In this document: positions 19,357 through 27,824 of the stretch, one piece after another
Layout: each line of letters starts with the position of its first letter
Position numbering within the stretch: position 1 is the stretch's first letter
Source of the DNA: Planctomycetota bacterium
GTDB taxonomy: Bacteria > Planctomycetota > SZUA-567 > H5-PLA8
DNA length: 64,000 nt
Direction: 5' to 3'
Assembly: GCA_038227045.1 (NCBI GenBank)
Contig: JBBRQD010000013.1
Span: forward strand, 5,262-69,261
Notes under the pieces: generated by a model
What the model saw: only the letters and a program-made list of their open reading frames with translations
Told to the model about the DNA's origin: nothing
Database searches by the model: none
Translations under genes and position numbers: made by a program

Positions 19357-20808
19357 TCACGCATCGACATAAATTGTTTTGGTCTGCGAATAAAAATCGA
19401 GCGCGCTCTTGCCCATTTCACGCGAGCCGCTCGTCGAATCCTTGCAGCCGCCGAATGGCGCTTGCAGCTCGACGCCGGCGGTCGGCGAATTGACATGGAT
19501 CATGCCCGCGTCGCTGCGCCGCGCGAATTCCTGCGCTGCCTTGAGATCGCGCGTGCAGATGCCGGATGCCAGGCCGTACTCCGTCCGGTTCGCCACGGCG
19601 ATCGCTTCGTCCAGATCCTTCACTTTGATCACGCCCAGCACCGGCCCAAAAATCTCGTCCTGAGCGAACTTCGAATCCTGCTTAAAATCCACAAACACAG
19701 CCGGTGAAATGTAGCAGCCCTGATCGTAAATCCCGCCGCTCAGGCGTTCGCCACCCACGAGACAGCGCGCGCCGTCGCTTTTGGCCTGCGCGATGCAATC
19801 CTGAATCTTTTTACACTGCCGTTCGTCGATGATTGGACAAATTTCAGTCTTCGGATCCATGCCGTCGCCGACGCGCAAACCTTTCGTCCGCGCCACGACT
19901 TTGTCGACGAATTCGTCGTAGACTTTTTCCAAAACGATCGCGCGGCTGGTCGCGGTGCATTTGTGTCCCGCGGCCCAAAACGCGCCCGTTACGGTATCCT
20001 CAACCGCGCGCGCCATGTCAGCGTCCGGCATGATCACCATGGGGTTCTTGCCGCCCATTTCAAACGCGATGCGGATCAGCCGGTCGGCGTTTTTGCGCAT
20101 GATGGCCTTGCCCGTCTCGCGCGAACCCGTGAATGAAATCGCGCGCACGCGCTTGTCGCCCACGACCGCTTCGCCGATCTCGTTTCCGCCGCCCGTGACG
20201 AGATTGAAGACGCCCGGCGGCAAGCCCGCTTCCGCGTACACTTCCGCGATAATCGCCGCCGATTGCGGCGCCAGCGGGGAGGGCTTCAAGACCACAGTGT
20301 TTCCGCACAACAAGGCCGGCGCGGATTTCCAGACCGGGATCGCCGACGGAAAATTCCACGGCGAAATCAACGCGACGACGCCCAAGGGCGCGCGCAGCGT
20401 GTACAGAAAGCGGCCGTCTATAAAGGAGGGAATCGTCTCGCCGCTCAGTCCGGCCCATTGTCCCGCGTAGAAGCGCAGCAGCCCCACGCTGCGATCGATT
20501 TCACCGCGCGCTTCGCCGATGTTCTTGCCTTCTTCCTTCGTCAAAATTTCAGCGGCTTCGTCGCGGCGGCGAACGAGAATGTCGGCGGACTTGCGCAAAA
20601 AATCCGCGCGTTTTGGCGGCAGTAATTTCGACCAGGCGCCAAAAGCCTGCTCAGCCGCACCCACTGCGGCTGCGGCGTCGGCCGCGCTGGAATCCTGAAA
20701 TTCCGACACGACCTCGCTCGTCCGAGCCGGATTGAAATTGGAAAATGTCTTTTTCGACGCGGACGAAGCCCATTCGCCGTTGATGAAATTGCCGTACGTT
20801 TTTGCCAT
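19357..20808 (-). CDS. NAD(P)-dependent aldehyde dehydrogenase
   Basis: FEMGGKNP and catalytic-Cys context AAGHKCTATSR. Start MAKTYGNFINGEW at 20808. Confidence 0.9.
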   Translation of the reverse strand: MAKTYGNFINGEWASSASKKTFSNFNPARTSEVVSEFQDSSAADAAAAVGAAEQAFGAWSKLLPPKRADFLRKSADILVRRRDEAAEILTKEEGKNIGEARGEIDRSVGLLRFYAGQWAGLSGETIPSFIDGRFLYTLRAPLGVVALISPWNFPSAIPVWKSAPALLCGNTVVLKPSPLAPQSAAIIAEVYAEAGLPPGVFNLVTGGGNEIGEAVVGDKRVRAISFTGSRETGKAIMRKNADRLIRIAFEMGGKNPMVIMPDADMARAVEDTVTGAFWAAGHKCTATSRAIVLEKVYDEFVDKVVARTKGLRVGDGMDPKTEICPIIDERQCKKIQDCIAQAKSDGARCLVGGERLSGGIYDQGCYISPAVFVDFKQDSKFAQDEIFGPVLGVIKVKDLDEAIAVANRTEYGLASGICTRDLKAAQEFARRSDAGMIHVNSPTAGVELQAPFGGCKDSTSGSREMGKSALDFYSQTKTIYVDA

Positions 20809-20887
20809 GATATTTTCCCCGCCGCAGATGTGGCGCCCGCCCGTTGAAGTGGTCATCTCAATTGAATGCATTATCATGCATATCGCG

Positions 20888-22015
20888 ATGAATTCAAACA
20901 CGTTCGAAAACTCTTCCGCAGCCGAATATCCGCGGCTCTGTCCGCCCCGGCCGGGCGCGTCCCGCCTCCTTTATAAGGCCACGCCCGATGATTTTCTCGT
21001 CGAAGAAATTCCGCAGTACGAACCCAGCGGCACGGGCACGCACACCTGGATCTGGATTGAAAAGCGTGGCATGACCACTCACGCCGCCGCCCGCTCGCTC
21101 GCCCAGAAGCTCCATAAAAATCCCGGCGACGCCGGCATCGCCGGACTCAAAGACGCGCAGGCCGTCGCACGGCAGTGGATTACGTTCGAAAACGTTGCGC
21201 AAAGCGCCGACGAAATCGCGGGGTTCTCGGACGAGAAGCTGAAGGTGCTTGCCGTGTCGCGCCACGCGAACAAGCTGCGCATGGGACATCTGCGCGGAAA
21301 TCGGTTTGTCATTCGCATCAACATTGCCGAGCCGGCAGAAGCGCAGCCGGAAATATCCGCGCCGACGGAATTGCTGGCGCGCGCTCAAAACGTTCTTTCG
21401 ATATTGAAGCAGTGCGGGATTCCGAATTATTTCGGCGAGCAGCGCTTTGGAAACCAGCGAACCAATGCCGCGATGGGCAGGCTGCTCGTTCTCGGCGACA
21501 GTGCCGGTTTCGACGCCGCAATGGCCGTTGCGGGACAGGCTCGCCAGGCCCGCGATCGCAAGATGCGCAACCTGCTGGTGAACGCGTTTCAATCCGAGCT
21601 TTTCAACTGCGTGCTCGCAGCAAGGCTGTCAGACATGGGGACGATTCTGGCCGGTGATCTCGCCAGCCTGCACCGCAACGGCGCGGTGTTCAAAGTCGCG
21701 ACGGAAGACGACGCGCGCAAAGAACAGCCGCGCGCCGATGCGCATGAAATCAGCCCGTCGGGCCCGATCTTCGGCCCCAAAATGGCTCAGCCCGAAGGCA
21801 AACCCGGTGAACTCGAAGCGCGCGTGCTCAACGACGCGGGCGTCGCGCTCGCCGATTTCGGACGCAATGAAGCCGAACGCCAACCCGGCGCGCGCCGTCC
21901 GCTCCGGATCTTTTTTCTCGACGAACCCGAAGCCCGAGCCGACGGCGGCAGCGTAATCTTGCGTTTCACGCTGCCCTCAGGATCGTATGCTACAGTGGTG
22001 TTGAATGAGCTGTGA
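20888..22015 (+). CDS. truD: tRNA pseudouridine(13) synthase TruD
   Basis: FLVEEIP, GIAGLKDAQAVARQW (catalytic Asp context), NYFGEQRFG. Confidence 0.85.
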   Translation: MNSNTFENSSAAEYPRLCPPRPGASRLLYKATPDDFLVEEIPQYEPSGTGTHTWIWIEKRGMTTHAAARSLAQKLHKNPGDAGIAGLKDAQAVARQWITFENVAQSADEIAGFSDEKLKVLAVSRHANKLRMGHLRGNRFVIRINIAEPAEAQPEISAPTELLARAQNVLSILKQCGIPNYFGEQRFGNQRTNAAMGRLLVLGDSAGFDAAMAVAGQARQARDRKMRNLLVNAFQSELFNCVLAARLSDMGTILAGDLASLHRNGAVFKVATEDDARKEQPRADAHEISPSGPIFGPKMAQPEGKPGELEARVLNDAGVALADFGRNEAERQPGARRPLRIFFLDEPEARADGGSVILRFTLPSGSYATVVLNEL

Positions 22016-22030
22016 GTGTCCCGTACCGTG

Positions 22031-22119
22031 ACTAGGATTTAGAGGGTAGGGTTTAGGGAATAGTGGGAAAGAAATGTGTTGCAGTACCCTAGCCCCTAAC
22101 CCCTGTCCCTTAGTCCCTG
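22031..22119. repeat. G-rich/C-rich repeat pair of the GGGGTTAGGGG family
   Basis: The complement of 22086-22119 contains GGGGTTAGGGGCTAGGG, the same 17-mer as 12494-12510. Partner arm AGGGTAGGGTTTAGGGAATAGTGGG lies upstream. Confidence 0.75.
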
Positions 22120-22149
22120 CACTTTTTTAAAGAAACGACCAATACCGCC

Positions 22150-22950
22150 ATGATTGACGTTCGCGGCATCAAAATGATTTTCTACACGCACGAAGGCAAA
22201 GAGCAGCTTGCCGTCGACGGCTTGAGTTTTCATGTCGGCGCCGGAGAAGTGTATGGATTGCTCGGCCCAAACGGCGCAGGCAAGACGACGACTCTGCGCA
22301 TGCTCGCCGGCTTGATGAATCCGTCCGCCGGGGAAGTGTTCATTGACGGCGTCAGCGGCGCGTCCGATCCGATGGCGCTCAAAATGCGCGCCGGTTTTCT
22401 CACCGCCAACACCGGACTTTACGCGCGGCTGACTCCGCGCGAAACGCTCGCGTATTTCGCGCGTCTTCGCGGCGTGCCTGAAAATAAACTCGTTGCGCAC
22501 GTGAACCACCTGGTCGATTTGTTGAGCCTCACGAGCTTCGCTGATCGCCGCTGCGAAGGCATGTCCACGGGCGAACGTCAGCGCGTCCAAATCGCCCGCA
22601 CGCTGGTCGGCGATCCGCCGGTACTGATCCTAGACGAACCCACGCTCGGCCTGGACGTTCTCACCAACCGCCTGATTCTTCATTTCGTGCGCGACGCCGC
22701 GAAGCTCGGCCGCACGATCATCCTCTCAACGCACCACCTTGACGAAGTTGAAACGATCTGCCATCGCTACGGCCTGATGCACCGCGGCCGCATGTTGGCC
22801 GAAGGTACGCTCGCCGAATTGCGCGCTCTCTCCGGACAGGAACGGCTCAGCGAAATATTTTTAACGCTCGTCGAACGCGTCGAAGGAAAAGCAGTGGAGG
22901 AGGAAGAAGTGCTTCATGGCGAGATCGGCACAAATCCAATTGAAGGTTAG
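22150..22950 (+). CDS. ABC transporter ATP-binding protein (NatA-like single NBD)
   Basis: Walker A GPNGAGKTT, signature MSTGERQR, Walker B ILDEPT. The last codons (IEG-stop) are supplied by the heptamer repeat. Confidence 0.85.
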   Translation: MIDVRGIKMIFYTHEGKEQLAVDGLSFHVGAGEVYGLLGPNGAGKTTTLRMLAGLMNPSAGEVFIDGVSGASDPMALKMRAGFLTANTGLYARLTPRETLAYFARLRGVPENKLVAHVNHLVDLLSLTSFADRRCEGMSTGERQRVQIARTLVGDPPVLILDEPTLGLDVLTNRLILHFVRDAAKLGRTIILSTHHLDEVETICHRYGLMHRGRMLAEGTLAELRALSGQERLSEIFLTLVERVEGKAVEEEEVLHGEIGTNPIEG

Positions 22951-23028
22951 AAGGTTGAAGGTTTAGAACGGAGATCACTTTGTCGTGAGTATTTAACCTT
23001 CAACTTTCAACCTTCAAACCTTCAACCC
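22940..23028. repeat. GTTGAAG-heptamer hairpin
   Basis: TTGAAGGTTAGAAGGTTGAAGGTTTAGAA faces TTAACCTTCAACTTTCAACCTTCAAACCTTCAACCC. Overlaps the 3' end of the ABC ATPase ORF. Confidence 0.8.
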
Positions 23029-23059
23029 AAGAAAAGCCCTCGAAGGAAAATACGCTCGC

Positions 23060-24343
23060 TTGCCCCTCTCCCGAAAACCCGCCGCGGCCTCCGCTCCGCC
23101 ACCGTCGTTCTTCGTCCGCATCAGCGCGCCGGGCACGGGCGGCATCGCCACGTATGTGCTCGACGGCTGGGGCCTGGCGTCGCGATTGCAACCGATCTTT
23201 CGTTCGAAACGCGAACTGCGGCTCAGCGAAAGCGGCGATTTGATCTTTGGCCGCTTGATCGATCGCAACGGCGGCGTTATCGACGAAGCGATCGTCTCTT
23301 TTCTGGGATCGAACGAAACCGCGACGGGCTTCGAGCAAATTGAACTTTCTTGCCACGGCGGCGCGGGCGCATCGCTCGCGGTCGAAGATGCGCTGTTGAA
23401 AGCCGGCTTCGAGCGCGGCACCGGTGCCGATCTTCTCGCTCGTGGACACCTGAATAACAAGCTTTCAATCGTCGCCGTTGAAGCCCAGCTCCTGCTGGCG
23501 CGTGCCGCCACCGGTCGACAGGCGGAGTTTCTGTTGGGCGGCAGCGTCTTTCAAAAACGCTGGGAACATTTGGGCTTCGACGCGGCGATGGGACTGCGCA
23601 GCAACGATCCCGCGTGGCGCGCAAGAACTCTGGATGCCGCGCGAAACGAAATCGCCGCGGCGAAAGGCGGAATGGCCTTGTTGCGGCACCATCATGCCGT
23701 GCTGGCCGGGCCGGTGAACGCGGGCAAATCGACATTGGCGAATCTGCTCGCGCGCATCGACAAACACATCGTCAGCAGCATTCCTGGCACGACGCGCGAC
23801 CGGCTCGATACGCGTGTCTGCGTGCGCGGATTGGATGTCACGCTTTCGGACACGGCGGGACTGCGCGACGCGGAGGGCGAGATCGAGCGCGAAGGCCAGC
23901 GTCGCGCGCGCGCCGCCCTCGACACCGCCGCGCTGCGCATGATCGTGCTGGACGGATCCCGGCCGCCTGCGGAGGTGGACCTTGAATTAATCGCGCAATG
24001 CACCGCGCTGGGGCCATCGCTTCTGGTTCTAAACAAAGAAGATTTGGGACTCGACGAATCGGCTGAAGGACTTGGATTTCTCGCGGGAGTTGAGCCTGTG
24101 GCATTGAGCGCGCGCAGCGGCGCGGGAGCCGAACGGCTCGAAGCGGCCATCGAAACCGCGCTGCTAAACGGCACGACACCGAAGCCCGGCGATGCGTTCA
24201 CCCAGCGCCAAATCAACGTGCTCAACGAGATTAAAGATTGCCTTGAGAATGGCTGGGAAGACACGATGGTCATCCGCTCGATTTCGAAATTGGTTGGAAC
24301 GCGCGCTCAACCGGAACAGCTTCAGATTGTTTTGAAAAACTAG
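23060..24343 (+). CDS. divergent MnmE(TrmE)-like GTPase
   Basis: N-domain pattern SAPGTGGIATYVLDG...ELSCHGG. G-domain GPVNAGKSTLANLL, GTTRD, DTAGL, NKED. No C-terminal CIGK motif. Start codon uncertain. Confidence 0.65.
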   Translation: MPLSRKPAAASAPPPSFFVRISAPGTGGIATYVLDGWGLASRLQPIFRSKRELRLSESGDLIFGRLIDRNGGVIDEAIVSFLGSNETATGFEQIELSCHGGAGASLAVEDALLKAGFERGTGADLLARGHLNNKLSIVAVEAQLLLARAATGRQAEFLLGGSVFQKRWEHLGFDAAMGLRSNDPAWRARTLDAARNEIAAAKGGMALLRHHHAVLAGPVNAGKSTLANLLARIDKHIVSSIPGTTRDRLDTRVCVRGLDVTLSDTAGLRDAEGEIEREGQRRARAALDTAALRMIVLDGSRPPAEVDLELIAQCTALGPSLLVLNKEDLGLDESAEGLGFLAGVEPVALSARSGAGAERLEAAIETALLNGTTPKPGDAFTQRQINVLNEIKDCLENGWEDTMVIRSISKLVGTRAQPEQLQIVLKN

Positions 24344-24353
24344 ATTTTGATTT

Positions 24354-26606
24354 CTATTCCGAAGCGCCGAGCGACCAGGTGCCGCGGTCGCGCATGTCGT
24401 TGAGTAATTCGACGATTTTGCGATGCGCTTCCGGGGCGTGGACGACGACCAGTTTTTGTGTGCCGCGATGAAAAAACACCAGCGTTCCCGGATCGTTCCA
24501 AGACGCGGGATAGACGCGCGAACGGACTTGGTGCGCGATGGCTTCGCCGCTTAAGAACAAGGCCGCTTCCGGTGTGAGCGCGGCGAAAAGCGTCGTGAGA
24601 TCGTAGGCTCGCACCTCCGCCGAATCCCACAGCAATTCGCCGGTTGGAAACGGGCGCGGACCTTTGTAGAACCAAACTCCGGCGGGCGCTTCGATCGAGC
24701 AGCCATTGAAACCCGCGTCGTCAACGAGGTCGCGCAACACCTGGCGCAACGGCGCGTTTTCATAGGCGATTTTCAGATACGGCAGTCCCCTGGGAAATTG
24801 TTTCGGATCGAAACCGATGGCCAGTCCGGAGTCATGCGCCAGATCGCGAAACAGCCGGTCGATTCGAAAGCGTCCGCGCAGCGTCACCGTTTTTTCGCCG
24901 AGCGCCCGGCGCAGGCGTTCTTCCGCTTTGCTCGGCGGTTCGGGAATTGGGAGGCCAATGCCCGCCGGTTCGCGCAACACTTGCGCGATTTCGCGCAAGC
25001 GCGCGCAGGCCGTTTTGGGCAGCATCGCCACAACGGCCTGCTGGTCGGCTTCAAACGAAATGGAGGTGCCTTCCTGCGCCGCGAGCGGCACTTTGAAAAA
25101 CTGCTTCAGAGGCGCCATCAGATCGGACCCGTCGGCTCGTTCGTGCAGCGCGTCGACGCCAGCCGCGGCGGATTCCAGCTTCTCGTCGCGAAATGCATCT
25201 TCGGCCCGGATGAGATAGAACGCCCGGTCGGAATCGCGCCGGTAACGCGTGCCGGTCTGGCGCGCAATGCCGTCGAGCAAATGGCGCAGCGGCGTCTTGT
25301 TGGCTTCCAGCGCGAGTTGAAAATCCTTGAAATGCCCCGGCCGCGCGACGCCCGGATTGATCACCAGCGCGACGCCGCAGCGATTCGGAAATAGCTGGAC
25401 CGCGCGTTCCAGGCCGGAATCGTTGGGAATAAAAAGCGTGCCGTCCGCCAGCGGTTCGGCCGGCCAAATTGCCAGCGAGACGCGTTGCATCAGCAGATCC
25501 GCGGCGATCTTCGCCGGATCCACGTCACCCTCCGATGCGGTGTCCGGCGCAGTGAGATCGACGCCGGCCTCTTCGCCCGGCGCGATGTCGATGAGCACGG
25601 TGACAGGCGCAGAATCGAGCCGTCCATCGGAGACGATGAGACTCGCGCTGTATCCGCCGGGACGCTCGGCTTTAAAAACCGCGCGGACGCCGGGCTGCGG
25701 ATCGAGAGTCGCGCCGCGCTTTAAATCGGGCGTGGTCCAGATTGCTTTGAGCGCCGGCGTGTCGTCGTCGTCGGGGTCCATCGAGAGCGAGCCATCAAGG
25801 ATCAAAGGGCGGCCCGCGAATCCGTTTAGAGTTCTCGGAAGGTTGGCGATGGGGCGGCGGTCGCCGAGTTTTCCGTCTTTGGCGGGCGGGACCAGAATGC
25901 CGCGCCGCTCGGGCAAGCCATCGAGGCGCGGGGCTTCGAAGACATACAGGCCCGCATCGTTAGGGCGAACGGCGACGCCGCTTTCCGCGGGGCGGAACGC
26001 GGCGGCCGGCCCGGCGATCTGCCGCCAGCCGTTGCCCGGCAGAACGATGCGCTCGCAGCTTCCGGCGCGCTGAAATCCGTCCTGCTCGCTCAAGAATGGC
26101 CGGCCCTGCATTACGGCGAAGCGCACTTCAGCCGGAGCGCCCCAGCCGTTTTCGTTGCGCGCGCGGAATGTGAAGGCGTAGTTGCCGGGTTTAATCAGGA
26201 ACAGCCAGAGTTCGGCTTGCTTGAAGAATTCATCGGGAATCGCGGTTTTCGGCCCGGCTTTTTGAGTCCATTCGACCTCGGTAATTTTCGATGCGTCCGC
26301 CGAATTCGTCAACCGTCCTTCAAGTTTGCGCCACGATCCGGGATAAACTTCGCCGTCGATTGCGATGCCGGCGCGCGGCAAATTCTTGAGACCCGGCGCG
26401 ACAGCGTTCGTGGTCGCGTCGAGCACCTCGGCGGCGGTGCGCGGCGCGTAATCTTTCAACACGCCCGGACCATCCGCGGGATCGGCGAGGCGCGGCGTTT
26501 CGGCGCGCGCGGACAAGGCCATCAGAATTGCGTATGCGCACAAAATCCAGCGTGCGCGAAGACGCAATTCGGTGGCACGGTGTATGAAGCTCACGACGCA
26601 ACGCAT
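24354..26606 (-). CDS. large secreted hypothetical protein (Ig/PKD-like region plus repeated secretin-N/STN-like modules)
   Basis: Signal-like WILCAYAILMALSARAETP after the ATG at 26606. Repeated modules end in patterns such as LVVVHAPEAHRKIVELLNDMR. Confidence 0.6.
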   Translation of the reverse strand: MRCVVSFIHRATELRLRARWILCAYAILMALSARAETPRLADPADGPGVLKDYAPRTAAEVLDATTNAVAPGLKNLPRAGIAIDGEVYPGSWRKLEGRLTNSADASKITEVEWTQKAGPKTAIPDEFFKQAELWLFLIKPGNYAFTFRARNENGWGAPAEVRFAVMQGRPFLSEQDGFQRAGSCERIVLPGNGWRQIAGPAAAFRPAESGVAVRPNDAGLYVFEAPRLDGLPERRGILVPPAKDGKLGDRRPIANLPRTLNGFAGRPLILDGSLSMDPDDDDTPALKAIWTTPDLKRGATLDPQPGVRAVFKAERPGGYSASLIVSDGRLDSAPVTVLIDIAPGEEAGVDLTAPDTASEGDVDPAKIAADLLMQRVSLAIWPAEPLADGTLFIPNDSGLERAVQLFPNRCGVALVINPGVARPGHFKDFQLALEANKTPLRHLLDGIARQTGTRYRRDSDRAFYLIRAEDAFRDEKLESAAAGVDALHERADGSDLMAPLKQFFKVPLAAQEGTSISFEADQQAVVAMLPKTACARLREIAQVLREPAGIGLPIPEPPSKAEERLRRALGEKTVTLRGRFRIDRLFRDLAHDSGLAIGFDPKQFPRGLPYLKIAYENAPLRQVLRDLVDDAGFNGCSIEAPAGVWFYKGPRPFPTGELLWDSAEVRAYDLTTLFAALTPEAALFLSGEAIAHQVRSRVYPASWNDPGTLVFFHRGTQKLVVVHAPEAHRKIVELLNDMRDRGTWSLGASE

Positions 26607-26730
26607 TGAATCATAATACGATTTTTTCGCGCGAAACGACAGACTTTTTCGCCGGCATGTTTGACGCCGGGCCGATATGGGAGTATGACACATACCGTAC
26701 ACGAATTCACAGAAAGCAGGTAACCGGCTA

Positions 26731-27018
26731 ATGCCGAAGACGATTTTTAAGGCCGACGCGCACGTTCCCGAAATGCCCACGGTGCGCTTCATGCGCAAGA
26801 CCGCGCCCGGAAGCGACGCCCCGTTCACCGATGTCACGCGCCAGGTTGCACGTCTGGAAATCGAGACGCTCGACGATGGCACGCATGCCTGCGCGCTGCA
26901 GCGGCTGGATGAAAAGGGCGAGCTTGTGTGGCGCACGATTCACCCGTCGTCTGAAGAGGCGCGCTGGCAGGCGCAGCACGAATACTCGATCGAAGAAAAA
27001 GATTGGAGCGCGTGTTGA
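26731..27018 (+). CDS. hypothetical protein (95 aa)
   Basis: Protein-like composition. Divergent from the 24354-26606 gene. Weak RBS. Confidence 0.4.
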   Translation: MPKTIFKADAHVPEMPTVRFMRKTAPGSDAPFTDVTRQVARLEIETLDDGTHACALQRLDEKGELVWRTIHPSSEEARWQAQHEYSIEEKDWSAC

Positions 27019-27033
27019 CGTTGAATTGGCGTC

Positions 27034-27345
27034 TCAGCGATGCGGCCCGCAGACAGTGTATAGCAGTCCCCCGAAACCGATGCCGAATATCAGACCGAGC
27101 GCGTAGCGGGAGAGAAAGGCCAGTTGGTAATTTCGGTCGAGATTGACGGAGCTTACGAGCAGGAAGAACATCAACACGAAACCCACCGGCAGTTCAATTC
27201 CGCTAAACAGCATCGAGATATTAATGGCGAAAATAAAGCCGACTATAGTCCCGGGAATTAAACTCAACGCAAACAGGCAACCCGACGAGCACGATGGTTT
27301 GGGTAAATATTGACCGTTTGGCTCCTTTGGATATGAGTCGCTCAT
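27034..27345 (-). CDS. small hypothetical membrane protein
   Basis: Three hydrophobic helices. Starts MSD. Confidence 0.5.
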   Translation of the reverse strand: MSDSYPKEPNGQYLPKPSCSSGCLFALSLIPGTIVGFIFAINISMLFSGIELPVGFVLMFFLLVSSVNLDRNYQLAFLSRYALGLIFGIGFGGLLYTVCGPHR

Positions 27346-27357
27346 TTCTTGACGATC

Positions 27358-27672
27358 CTATTTGCCGCCGCACAGCGACGCGAGCATCGCGGCCATGGCA
27401 ACCGGCATGCTCATGCCAAGCAGAAATCCAGACCAGCCCCAGCGCTTCAAGGTGCTGCCGATCAGGATCGCGCCGAAGAATAACGCCACTCCGGTCAGGC
27501 TGAGCACCAACGTGTATACTTGAGGTTTGGCTTGTCCTGCAAGGCCGAGCGTTCCCACGATCAGCCCGCATCCGGCGAGAAATCCCGGCATCGTCAAGAG
27601 AATGAATTTCAAACCGCCATGCATCGGCGTCTTCACCACTGGTGGAGCCGGTTTCTGGATTTCATCGCTCAT
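27358..27672 (-). CDS. small hypothetical membrane protein
   Basis: ATG at 27672 preceded by AAGGA. Three TM-like helices. Starts MSD like its neighbour. Confidence 0.5.
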   Translation of the reverse strand: MSDEIQKPAPPVVKTPMHGGLKFILLTMPGFLAGCGLIVGTLGLAGQAKPQVYTLVLSLTGVALFFGAILIGSTLKRWGWSGFLLGMSMPVAMAAMLASLCGGK

Positions 27673-27747
27673 GCAATCGATCCTTTGTTGAGGATTCGCG
27701 TACATTATCAAGAATCGAGAAGTGAAACAAGAGCGCCTCAGCCAAAT

Positions 27748-27777
27748 AAAAAAGCGGCCCATGAAGGCCGCTTTTTC
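27748..27777. terminator. bidirectional intrinsic terminator
   Basis: AAAAAGCGGCC-catgaa-GGCCGCTTTTT with A/T tracts on both sides, 48 nt downstream of the secDF stop. Confidence 0.8.
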
Positions 27778-27824
27778 TTAAAACATTAACTCTCAACTTT
27801 AAACCTTCAAACCTTCAACCGCCG

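Noticed and set aside
26607-26936. N-terminal 110-codon extension of the 860-aa ORF
   Set aside because: The extension is Ser/Arg/Cys-rich and overlaps the divergent small gene's region. A signal peptide follows the internal ATG at 26606.
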